A DNA stretch of 64,000 bases from Spongospora subterranea f. sp. subterranea. Its lineage: Eukaryota. The position numbers and the translations under genes were made by a program. The DNA lies in assembly GCA_049724395.1 (NCBI GenBank), contig JAUGWO010000123.1, forward strand, positions 1-64,000. The letters are read 5' to 3'. Below, in pieces: positions 10,176 to 21,851 of the stretch (position 1 is its first letter; every line of letters starts with the position of its first letter). The notes below the pieces were generated by a model. The model made no database searches and was not told where the DNA came from. It was given only the letters and a program-made list of their open reading frames with translations.

Positions 10176-13100
10176 GTTTGACAAGAATTATCTTCACGGT
10201 TTACGCACCGCTTTCAAGACCACCTTCACGGTTTACGCACCGCTTTAAAGACATGTCCAGCCGCGAGCGATCTGAGTCAGTTCCAGCCAGGCCGCACGAC
10301 CATCGAGGTTTCCAGGTACCGACGGAACCTCCACAGTTTGCTCAACCGTTAACGCCGGAGATCCAAGCGGTACTACATGCAGCACTCTCTCAGCAACAGC
10401 AACGGCAGTTGCAGGAATTGTCGCAACACTATCAGCAGCGGTTGACCTTGCCTGAACCCAAAGTCCGCCTCCCAGATCCTTTCGAGTTACCTTTACGGTT
10501 CCCGATCCACCCTGCGAGGTTTTATCAACCAAATATCAATGGTCATCACCCGTAAACCCAGGACATACGCCACGGATTCCGACAAGGTGATGTTGGTTGG
10601 GGACCTTCTCACAGGAAACGCTTTGCTGTGGTTCTCACCAATTTTCGAGCGACGGGATCCGTTGCTCCAGGATTTTGTCAGATTCATTGACGCATTTCGG
10701 GCACGGTTCGAGGATCCGAACAAAGCAGTCACAGCCGCACGACGATTGGAGGCGCTGCGCCAAGGTCGCCGCCCAGTCGCTACGTATGCCAGCGAGTTTC
10801 AGTTGCTGGTCACCGACGCAGGTTGGGACGGCGCTGCGACGCTACACCAGTTCCGAAAGGGCCTCAACGAGGATGTGAAAGACTTGCTGTTGACGTGCCC
10901 GGAGCCAGCCGACTTGCTCGCCCTCATCATGACGACCATTAGATGCGGCGATCGCCTATTCGAACGCGCCCAGGAGCGTCGAGGTCAGTCGCAAGTACAC
11001 CCACAGCGCCACCCCGAGGTCGATTCTGGGTCCGACTCCATGATGGTCGATTCGTTCAGAACCACCGGCCGCCCGCGACTGGATGAGTCGGAACGAACAC
11101 GCCGCTGGGAACACAATTTGTGCAGATATTGTGGAGATGCTGGCCATCCTACCGTAGCCTGCCCCCTATTGGCGAACCGAAACCTTTTTTCATCCAATAC
11201 ATCACCATTTTCGACCTACAATGCTGAGCCACCTCTCCGATTAGCATCGTCATGTATGGATAACTCGTGCGAGACATTATTCAGTTCCCTTATTACCGTC
11301 TCATGGCACCAATCCCAATCCACCCAACTACATTGTTTAATCGACACTGGTGCGTCCTCTGCTTTTATCGACGTCACATTTGCCGAACGAAACAGCATCC
11401 CGATCGTCCGACTTCCTAGACCGTTATCTGTTGAAGTTATCGATGGTCGCAGACTCTCTTCTATTACCCATCGAACATTGCCACAACGACTAGAGATCTC
11501 GGGCATCAAATCATTGACCAGTCTTCATGTCATTGAACGGGCATACTATCCCATTATACTGGGGATGTCATGGCTTCACGAACTAAACCCACAAATTGAT
11601 TGGAAGGCCCGTACAATCACCCCACGCCTTCCTATTACCGACAAGAGTGCCCACCTGTATACCGATAGGCCATGGCAATTTTGATCTACTCGGAGAGCGC
11701 GCCGCAGCACGACGTTAATGTTCGATTAGTACTCTCCAAGTTGCGTTCAGCTGGTTTATTTGCAAAACTGGAAAAATGCGTGTTCGACGCTCAGGAAGTC
11801 GAATTCCTCGGTTTTTTGGTCACCGACAGCAGCATCAAGATGGACCCAAGTAAGGTGGAGACTATCCTCGATTGGGCGACACCTTCAACAGTCAAGGACG
11901 TCCAAAGTTTCCTAGGCTTTGCTAATTTCTACAGGGAGTTCATCGTAGATTTCGCCAAAATATCTTCACCTTTGACGTCTCTGACGAAAAAAGATCAACC
12001 ATTTGATTGGTCGGCCGCGGCCGAGTCCGCGTTCGGGACCCTGAAACGAGCGTTCACCACAGCGCCTGTTATGAAACATTTTGACCCTATCTTACCTATC
12101 ATTATTGAGACCGATGCGTCAGACTTCGCCCTCGGCGCCGTGATTTTTCGCAACCGCAAATGGACGGTAAATTACATCCTATTGCGTTCTATTCGAAAAA
12201 TTAACAGTTTCGGAATTGAACTACGATGTTCATGACAAAGAACTACTCGCGATCGTGGTAGCGTTTCAAGTGTGGAGACATTTTTTAGAAAGAGCACAGC
12301 ACAAAATCATCGTGTACAGCGACCACAAGAATTTGATTTATTTTACCTCGTCCAAGACTCTCAGTCGCCGACAAGCTCGTTGGTCATTAATGCTCGCTGA
12401 ATATCCGTTCGTCATCGTGCACCGACCTGGTAGTCAATCAGGAAAACCAGATGCTTTGTCGCGGCGTCCCGAATACGAAATTCAACCAACCGACCCTATC
12501 TGGAAGGTGCAGCGAAGATCTATACTTCAACCGGATCAGCTCTTACCTACTCCTGCAGCTACATTATGTGCCACGATGATTAACCCTTCTCAATCGATCG
12601 AGGAGCGTATCAAACTTAACCAGCAGTCGGACACCTTCGTCCGGGATATCATTTCAAGGCTTCCTGTGACAAGTTTTCGACTCGACAACGGCATCCTTTA
12701 CAAAGAGAAATCGCTGGTAGTGGTGGGAGAAGATTGCAAACTGGAAATATTGAAGGCACGTCACGATGCCCTAGCGAGTGGTCATTTCGGTATATCTAAG
12801 ACACTTAACTCAGTACGACGTACCTACTGGTGGCCTGGAATGTCCAAGTATATTAAAAGGTATGTTATCTCCTGTGACACATGTGCTAGGGCAAAGTCCA
12901 GTCGCCATCAACCGCACGGTCTACTCTGCCCTTTACCGATCGCAGAGGACATTTGGCGCTCGATTACCATGGACTTCATTGTTAAATTGCCGAAGTCTCG
13001 GGGGCACGATTCTATCCTGGTGGTGGTAGATCGTTTCTCCAAAATGAGCCATTTCATTCCTTGCACCGAATCGATAAATGGGGCAGGTCTCGCCGATTTG

Positions 13101-14051
13101 CTCTTGACGAATGTTTTCAAATTACATGGGTTGCCCGACGAGATCACTTCCGATCGCGGACCCCAGTTCGTCTCCAAATTCTGGAAACACCTGTTGGCTC
13201 GCTTCAAGGTTGATCGCAAACTGTCCTCATCGCGACACGCCCACGACGGATGGGCAGACAGAAAGACTAAATCAAGTGTTGGAACAGTACTTGCGCTGTT
13301 ACATTAATTTCCAACAAAACCACTGGGTGGATTTGTTACCAGTTGCTGAATTCGCTTACAATAACGCAGAGCATTCGGCGACAAAGATGACGCCATTTTA
13401 TGCGGTCTATGGTTCTCGCCCCCGTTTCGACGACGCCACATCGTGTTCAGTTGCGACTCTTCCATCGGCTGATGAACGAGGAAACCACATCAATGAAGTT
13501 CGGATGTTCCTCAAGGCAGAACTACAACTCGCGGTTCGAGATATGAAACATTTCGCTGATAAGAAACGACTACCTCACCCGAACTACAAGGTTGGCGATA
13601 AGGTTTGGTTGAAATCGGAGGGTATTTCATCTGGCCGTCCTAGTTCTAAGCTGAGTAGTCGAAGATTAGGACCGTACTCCATTACAGAGATGATCAACCC
13701 AGTGACCTACCGTTTATCCCTATCACATGACAGTCGGCTCCACAACGCATTCCATGTTGCACTACTGTCCCCACACAAGGAGAACGAGATCCCAGAGCGC
13801 GTTCAATCTCCACCTCCGTTATCCTTGACTCTGACCACAAGGACCCATTATATATTGTCAATGAGGTACTGGACTCTCGTTGGTATAGAAATCAATTGCA
13901 GTATCTCCTCGATTGGGAAGGGTATCCGCCGTCAGAGAGATCGTGAAAGCCCGCACGTAACCTTGGTTCCACACCGGCCTTAAAGGAAACGATTCGTCGG
14001 TTTCATGTGGAGTACCCGTCCAAGCCGGGCCCTGGCTTAAGGAGGGGGTGA

Positions 14052-14214
14052 TGTTAGGAACACTCCCATATATTTCTAACATTCGCGGCTTCGCCGCAGT
14101 TCCGCCGCAGTTTTCCGACAAGAATGACCTCTGCCTGGTCATTCTTGTCACCTCCTTGCATAGTCTGTATTAATACACTTCGGTTTATTTCAACGGATCT
14201 GGTTCCTCCTAACA
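14052..14214 (+). repeat. 3' LTR
   Basis: Copy of 10013-10175, preceded by the PPT. Confidence 0.95.
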
Positions 14215-14530
14215 GAGCTCCGCATAGCAATCGTCCACAAATCAACCCGAAGAAGGGAAAGGGTTTGATATGCTACAACTGTGGAAAAGCTGGACATCCA
14301 GTCTATGCTTGCCCAGATAACCTGAGTAAGGAGAAGGTTGCTCAGGATACTGGAAGAGAAGAAGCTCCAGAAGAATAAACAGAAGCATAAGGTTGATTAT
14401 CTTTTGAAAAAGAACCAACATAAGCAGAAGGCTGATTACCTCTTGGTTTATCGGCTAGTCAGAAACGATTCAGATAACAATCGTATTCTAGCTAAAGTTA
14501 ATGAAGATTCGTGCCTGCTATATTAGATAG
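14215..14530 (+). pseudogene. Continuation of the host Gypsy gag (zinc knuckle)
   Basis: CYNCGKAGHPVYACP lies shortly after the TSD; the sequence degenerates afterwards. Confidence 0.7.
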
Positions 14531-14933
14531 TGATGCAACGGATGTTAGCTTATTACCAAGAAGTATTTTGTTTTGTTTTTTTTTTTGTGATTGTGTTCGG
14601 CATTTTGGTGCCAGGTTTGTACTTTGTAGTACCCATATCTACAAGAGGGCCAAGACGAACTTGGTGTCAAAGCTCATTCGCTAGACAAAATTACCTTCGC
14701 TGAATGTTCTGCAGTCTGACCGACATTGTGATAGTGTGAGGTTGATCCCATGACCCGACTTACTAAAACCCCCTAACCATTGGTTGGACACGGGGGAAAT
14801 TCCCTGTACGGAACACCACAATGCCTTGAACCCAAGTCCCATCATTACAAATCAGCTGTCTATTTTTCAAGAGGTTCGTTCCTCGCATGCTCAACAACCT
14901 GCGCTCTACTTCCGTATTAGCTGGCCAACCTTA

Positions 14934-15115
14934 GGGCTCGTTTGGATGCCACGCATTACCCGGATATTTGGGTCGAATATCCGGATATTGGCGATATCCG
15001 GATATTTTTCAAAAGTGGCTCGTTTGGTCGTCATTTTCAGGGAGAAAAATATCCGGATTTTGGGCCCAATATCCGGATAAAAAATATTCTACTCTGACCT
15101 GGATATTTTGGGGAC
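14934..15115. mobile_element. PIF/Harbinger (Tourist-like) element end with palindromic subterminal repeats
   Basis: TTA followed by GGGCTCGTTTGG, a second ggctcgtttgg, and several atatccggat(at) palindromes. No partner TIR seen. Confidence 0.5.
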
Positions 15116-15470
15116 ATTGCTTGGAGGTCTACCTCGTGTCATCACCCTTGCTCTCTACAATGCCGACGCAGGCATCTTGGTATAGGTATGGTATACAAAG
15201 GATCGCGGGTTCTTATGGGTTGAGTAAGCCTGTGTATTACCAGGCTTTCCATACTTCCGCCTGGCCGCTACAAGTAGCTTGGGTATCCAATGGAGGAACC
15301 TATTAGACCAGCTGGATTCAGCAACATAACCTGTCCTAACGACCACACCGAATGGGACCTGCCCTTACCCGATTACATTGCCTATCCAGAGTTTCGAGGT
15401 CGCTGCAAGCAGCTTCCTCTCCCACATTCATTATGGCCATGTGGTCAGACCCAATAAAGACTAATCATAT

Positions 15471-17145
15471 CTAGATAAAGCAGCCTGCTTTTTCGGCTTT
15501 GCGCAAGATGTTTGTCATTGCCTTTTCATGGCTCCAAATTGCTGTGTTGAACGAAGTTACCGGTAGCTTCTCGTAGATCCGCCTGCTTTTCTTGAGTCGT
15601 CTTTTAAATACTTCGCATTGTAATACTTGATGTTCAATTGTTTCAGGATGTTTGTTACAGTGTCTGCATTTGTTCGTATCTTCCATTCCAATGTTGCTGA
15701 GGTGTTGTCTGCATCTGCTATGTCCAGTTCGTGCTCTGTTAATTAGCATGTGTGGCGTTGATTCATCTGGTAGTTTGCGAAACGGGTTCTCTATCTGGGT
15801 AGTTTGGGAAGTGGCTGCATTTGATGTTCGCTTTCAGGTACTGTTTTATTTGACCTCTTTCGTATTTCTTAAGTTGAAGTTTGAAGGATGACAGAAATGG
15901 TCCCATGCTCTATTTTGCTCCCAATATTCGGCGCATTCTTTGCTAGTTGATCAATTTCATTGCTTCGTCCTATTGCTTTTGAGCTATCATTTCCAGATGT
16001 GTAACTTTTTTTGGTCGACATGACTTGGAATGTAGTGAATTTGAATCTGATTGCGCCGGGTTAATTTCGCTAGCATTCGAGCAGAGTCTGCCACAACAGC
16101 ATGTACTCTTCGAGGTTTGATAGGTAATGATTGGAATTGACTTACCCATGATAACGAGTCTGTCATTATGTGAATCGTTTTCTTTTTTAACATTTTATCT
16201 ACGGCCAGTTCTAGACCAGCATGTAATGCAATTATCTCGGCTTCGTAACTCGAGGTGATTGTGCGACCCAGTTTGATTTGCGACTTCTCCTCAGTGTAAT
16301 TTGCCGTTTCACCATTGGTGTTCTTGTATCGAATGAGGGCAGCAGCTCCCCCTTTTTTCCCGTTAGTATAACTGCCATCAGTCCATATTTCTACATCCGG
16401 GTTACGAGGAAGAAGTTCGTTTCTTTTGTGCTTTGCAATTGCCTTCGTTCGAGTGGATTTGTGGTAATTTACTGTATAAAGAGCTTCGAGAATGTTTGCT
16501 GCAATATCTACCTTCGCATGAATGTTTTTGTATCCTTTCGGGACTCTCTCTCTGAGAGCTTTCCAGACTTGGCCAAGTGGAGACCAGCCATCGCCGAATC
16601 CTGTCCATTTGGTGTAGTCCTGTCCCAGTTGTGATCCGTTGGCGCGCGCGGCTAAAACCGTCATAGTGGTTGCGCTAATAATTTTGTCTTTCAATAATGG
16701 GAATCCGGATATAGCGTGTAATAGTGTGATTGGTGTCGATATGAATGATCCTGTATAGGTTCTCATGTAATCATTGTATGCTATTTCCATTGGTCTGAAA
16801 GTGGTGCTCGTCATTTCTCCCGCTATCCACGGTAGATAGTAGTTGAGTTTTCCTCCGATGAATCCTTTACAAATTTGTTGGAACAGTTTCGTTGGTAATT
16901 TATATTGCCTCAATAGTCTCATTAGTTTGCAGCGTCGTCGAATGTCGACTGCCGGCTCTGTCATGTCAATCAGAATGGTTGCTTTGTTGCAGGCTGGATT
17001 TGCCAAGAGATTAGCCCCAAGGTATTTCATCATTCTTGTAGCGTCTCCAAAGCGAATTGCCAGCGAAACCATTTGCGGTCAAAGGCTAATGGAATTTTCA
17101 TCCAGGATCTGTGGCGCCTTGTTACGTAAGCCGGGAAACGGATAA
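15471..17145 (-). mobile_element. 5'-truncated non-LTR retrotransposon (RT C-terminus, RNase H, C-terminal zinc finger)
   Basis: MKYLG, EIWTDGS, SSYEAEIIAL, IMTDSLS, HYIPSH (RNase H); RARTGH...CRHC...ETIEHQVLQC at 15471..15749. Confidence 0.88.
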
Positions 17146-17420
17146 TCGCATTGTTCGCGACAAATAACTTTGCCCTTCCCCATGCCATTTCTATTGGCTT
17201 TAACTCACATGGATCTTTGGCAAAATTCTGATGAAATCTCTGCTTCCAACTCCAAAATTCGGGTCAGACAGCATGTAGGAATTTCTGGATTCTTGAGTTT
17301 GTTAGTTTTGCAGTCTTTACAAATACCAATGCATTTGCGATGTTCTGGGAGAAGCCCCCGTTCTTGTACAACATGCGACATCCCTTTTGCTTGTGGGAAT
17401 AATCGTTCAGGAAAAACATT
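17146..17420 (-). pseudogene. Fragment of an IS630/Tc1-like DDE transposase (same family as 37867 and 52570)
   Basis: Minus strand KGMSHVVQERGL...CCLTRIL and CELKPIEMAWGRAK. Confidence 0.6.
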
Positions 17421-17760
17421 GATTGTGGAACAGAAGTCGGGTCAATCTGATTTCGCTAAATGTATATAGTATAATTAGTTTATGGCCGCAATTCGACGAT
17501 AAATATTTCTAACCTGGTGAGCAAAAATGAAGAAAGTATCGCGCATTAAAGGGTGTTTGCCTCCGGGATTCACGTTCATGGAAATCTAAACTGCACAGAT
17601 TTTCAACGAGATGCAGTGAATTATGTTCTTGTTTGTTGCGAGAAACAAGTTTCCTTGTCGTCGTCTTGCAGCCTCTGCAGCAACAGTACGTTTCCCGACA
17701 TCGTAAGCGTGGCATCACAAGCAAACCGTATCATTTATATGCTCTCCTCAGGAATGTTCG

Positions 17761-18998
17761 GTGGGTAAACACCGACAAAGTGGGTTTAATCGACCAGCAA
17801 GCAGTCAATTTGCCGTTTCACGTAGAACTGTGAGTAGAATTTGGAATCAGGGTGTGAAAACTAGTGGCAACGGCATAACTTCTGCAGTCTTGAATTCACA
17901 CAAACAAAGAAAGGTTGGACGAAAGGAAAAGGTCATTGATCCTGAAAAAGTCAAACAGATTCCTCTGCAACAGCGATCTGATATTCGGTCGCTAGCGTGC
18001 GCTTTGAATTTATCTGCATCCACAGTGCATTCAAGGATTAAGGAAGGCTTTCTGAAGGCGCATTCGAATGAAGTAAAGCCATTCCGATGGCAAAGTTGAA
18101 ATTCTGCATCTCTGCGGTAAACGTGTTACCGAATCACGACCCTGTTTTCAAAGACATGATGAACGTTGTTCACATAGACGAGAAATGGTTCTACCAGACC
18201 CAAAGTTCTCAACGATATTATCTGGCTTCCAATGAGGGTGAACCACACCGGACTTGCAAAAGCAAGCGTTTCATCACCAAGGTGATGCTCATGGCGGCGG
18301 TTGCTAGACCGCGATGGGACCGATCAAGAAATCAATGGTTCAGTGGAAAGCTTGGAATTTTTCCATTTGTTTTTCAAGAACCAGCAAAGAGAAAGAGCAA
18401 GAACCGTCCGGTTGGAACTATGGTCACCAAACCCATTGAGGCCATCAACAAAGAGGTGATAAGAAAATGCCTGATTGATGAAGTTATGCCAGCAATTCGT
18501 TCAAAATGGCCAGGTTTTTGGACAGGACCGATCTTTATTCAGCAAGATAACGCAAGGCCTCATATTGACGCTTCAGATGAAGCATTCCTTAACGAGGCAA
18601 GCAAAGATGGATTTGAGATTAAATTGACCTTTCAGCCACCTAACAGCCCCGATCTGAACGTTCTGGATCTTGGCTTCTTCCGTGCAATCCAATCTCTCCA
18701 GCACCAGCAAGCACCCAAGAATATCGATAATCTTGTTGATGCCGTCAAGGTTTCCTTTGATAACATGGAGAGAGATAAGCTCAATGATATTTTTTTGACA
18801 CTCCAACAATGTATGATGGAGATCATGAAGGTGAAGGGGGGCAACAATTATAAGCTGCCTCACATGGGCAAGGAACGGCTCAGGCGCCAAGGTGACCTTC
18901 CAGACAGTTTACCATGCGACATTGCAGTTTGCATCAAGCAAAGCAGAATGCACAGAGTGGTGATGAATAAACAATGCTTCAATGGAACGTTTCTTTAA
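17761..18998 (+). mobile_element. DD39D mariner transposase, with a frameshift near 18090
   Basis: HIDEKWF, AVARPR, QQDNARPH and QPPNSPDLNVLDLG, with 39 residues between the second and third Asp. TIRs not found. Confidence 0.9.
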
Positions 18999-21851
18999 AC
19001 TTTTCATCAAATGAAACGTGACAGCATCGACAAGATCGTCAGGCGCAAAGGCCATCATTAAGACGAATTCGATGATGGCCTTGAACGTTTTGAAACAGCG
19101 AACGCAGGATGCACAGCGCCTTGATTGTGCAGAACCATCAATGAGACCTTTATTTCCGAACACCAAAAAAAGAAGCAATAAATAGGGAATATTTATTCCG
19201 TACCCCTGGGAACAATCCCTCGTTTTGCAATCGGCTGAAGCGACAATCCCTCCGGAAAAAATATTTTGCCTTTTCGCCTTGATATTGTATGTTGAGTTCC
19301 GATGTTTTAGGAATCAGTCGTGTGTCAATATTCTCGACTTCCGTTTGCAGAAACAGGTCAACATGTTCATCGCATTGTCGGATTCGGTGCCGCCTTCATA
19401 ACGATCTTCAACCAACACTTGCAATTCCCAGTGTCTGGGAGCTGTCCATTCCACAATCTGACACACCAGACGGAGCGAGCGGTTTGAACCCCTGCTGGTG
19501 GCGCATGCAGCTTGGAAATGGAGCGGTTCTTGTTGTCGTATTCCGATGGTCGAAAGATTGGTAGATGGTCAAAAGAAGCCACGGAAGGGGGTCGGTCAGA
19601 TCTGTTTGCGTTGCTCGGTTAGGACGCCGTTAGATGTTGCCCCAACAGTTATATTGGGAATCCTTGCATTCGATGATGCCCAACAATTCTATGCCTTCGT
19701 TAAAGCAGAAGCATATCTCATGAGATTGTAATCGAGGACCCATCGACGTCATTTGCCTCGTGGGCTAATGAGAGGGAATTTGGAATCTGTCCAACAATCA
19801 ATGCATATCCAAACAAATTCATAAAAATAAAACCAAACGATTTTCGTTCGCATTCGTTACGTCGCTGTCTGTTTCAAAACACGTGAGCAAATGCGATCGA
19901 AAACTATTTTTTTTTATTTTCACGAAAGTCAGAATTTGGGATCAATAACAACACGAACGCTTTCTTACGAACAATGGTTCGATTTCGTCAAGGCGTTCAC
20001 TGTTTTGATGTTTTATCATTTTACCGCAATTGTATCGAGACAATTAGAGGCTGTTTATCCACTCAGCAATATTTGTCATGACATAAAATGCAGGGGTTCC
20101 AGCAACCCCCGTCTGGTAGCCGTCAAATACAATATGGAAGGTGAACGTGTTTATTGTCCAGCATATCGTGAGAGAGATGGGATATCGATCGGTAAATCCC
20201 TTGAACAAAGTTTACCGCTTTATGATCGGTTGATATTCCACGTCCGGGAATGCAGCAGATGAACTCGGGACCGAACGGAACTGGGACACATTCTGGTACT
20301 GTCTCTGCAGCAATGTGTTCGGACGATGTCATCCATTGTCCAGGTTCTCAAAAACCCAATCTTTCAAACAGTTTCAATCAACTAGCTCCACCTTTTCCTT
20401 GACGGAAATGTGCAGCCAATTGAGTGTAACTTGTTTTGAGGGATCCATTCTTTGCGAACGAAATGTCGCGTTAGAACTTTGTGAAGACGCTGCAGCGCCC
20501 TGGTTGTCCAAGCTCGCCAGAAATCTGTTGCCACCCAGCCGCTAAAACAGGAAGACAGGAAAGTTTGATTTGAAATTAGATATGGTCCCGGTACTGGTGG
20601 AAACAATCAGCGCTCCACCGAAAGGACATCTCAGCTCTCTTGGCCCGTTGAACAAATAGACACGATCTCATCGGCGCTCGCCGCAAATCACTGAAACATT
20701 CAGTTCCTGTGGGACGGTCGTCGCTCAGCGGATCGAGCTGAATTTATCGAGTATCTGGCAAATCACGAAGAAGAGATTGTAGTGAACACGTCGTTGTTAG
20801 AGCGCCAGCCAATCGCTAGAGCTTCAATAAACAGGTCATATGCTCTTCGGCACCTAACAACAAACACTCGATATTCCAGAGATTCGGCTTGTTCTTATAA
20901 AGCAGTGTTGATTGCCCTTTGACGCTGTAGAATGTTAACAGAGACGCCTCTGAACATTGACAAAACTATCACAATTCGGGCCTGAATTCGGTCAGTATTG
21001 AAAACATCCTCTTTGAAGATCTGCTCTGATGTTGAGTTTGTCAAGTTCCGTGATTCATTCGAAATGGCGACGTTTCCTGATGTCACTTCAGACCGCAGCA
21101 GGCAGAACCGGTAAAGCGCCGCGCGCGAAGGAGTGGAAACGCGTCGGCCGTGTTCGCGGGGGGTGATTGGTGGTTGATGGTGGGAACGAGCGGCCGTGGA
21201 ATAACAGGCGATCTGCCCAAAAGACAAAACTGATCTGACAGACTCATATCGATTTAGCGAAACTATTCAACGACTGCCGGCGGGGCGCGGAAAACAATCC
21301 TGGGCGTGATGTGTGTGTCGCCACTCCATTGCATTTCTCGAAACAGGCGCATCATCCAGTACAAAGAACCAGCGACCTGACAGGGCTAATCAAGTGCTAA
21401 TTGGCACAGTCGAAAAACCAAGTTCTCATCTGCTTCGACCAGGCGATAACATTGTGCAGGTTTGCCAAGTTTGCCCATTTTTCGTCTGTAGGACGAGGTT
21501 TCTGGTGAAAACCAGGTGGGCTGTGTCTCAAATTTTCGTCGTGCGCAACATGTTTTCCTTGAGCGTGCAGCTTTTTCTTATGGGCGTTTGCCGCCAAATT
21601 TCCGTCCAAAAGTTGGTGCGGTAGAATGTGTCGCCGGGAAGAAAATTGACTTTGTCCAAAATTAGTTGAAACGTGGTCAGGCTTTACCTGATCGCACAGC
21701 TCCACAAAGGACAATGCGAATTATACGTTGATGTCAGTTCTAACTTGAATCATAGGGAGATAATGCAAGGGTTTGAGCTCCATCCCATCTGAAGTGGATC
21801 AGTGACAAACAGAATTTTTCAGCGGTGCAAAATCCACATTTCCAATGACAA

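Larger units (their letters stand above)
10013..14214 (+). mobile_element. Ty3/Gypsy chromovirus, nested insertion with internally deleted RT
   Basis: 163-bp LTRs, TSD GAGCT (10008-10012 and 14215-14219), PPT ggagggggtga before the 3' LTR. Encodes gag, CCHC (CRYCGDAGHPTVAC), protease (LIDTGAS), RT C-terminus, RNase H (ETDASD, NYDVHDKELLA), integrase (SDRGPQF) and a chromodomain (QYLLDWEGY). Confidence 0.95.

Noticed and set aside
10192..10246. 23-bp direct repeat cttcacggtttacgcaccgcttt
   Set aside because: Two copies in a retroelement leader; not an array or CRISPR.
14968..15085. CRISPR-like spaced palindromes (atatccggatat)
   Set aside because: Irregular spacing, eukaryotic context and no cas genes; better explained as TE subterminal repeats.
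19200..21800. Short ORFs between the mariner and the gene island
   Set aside because: No recognisable motifs; possibly decayed TE, but a call cannot be supported.
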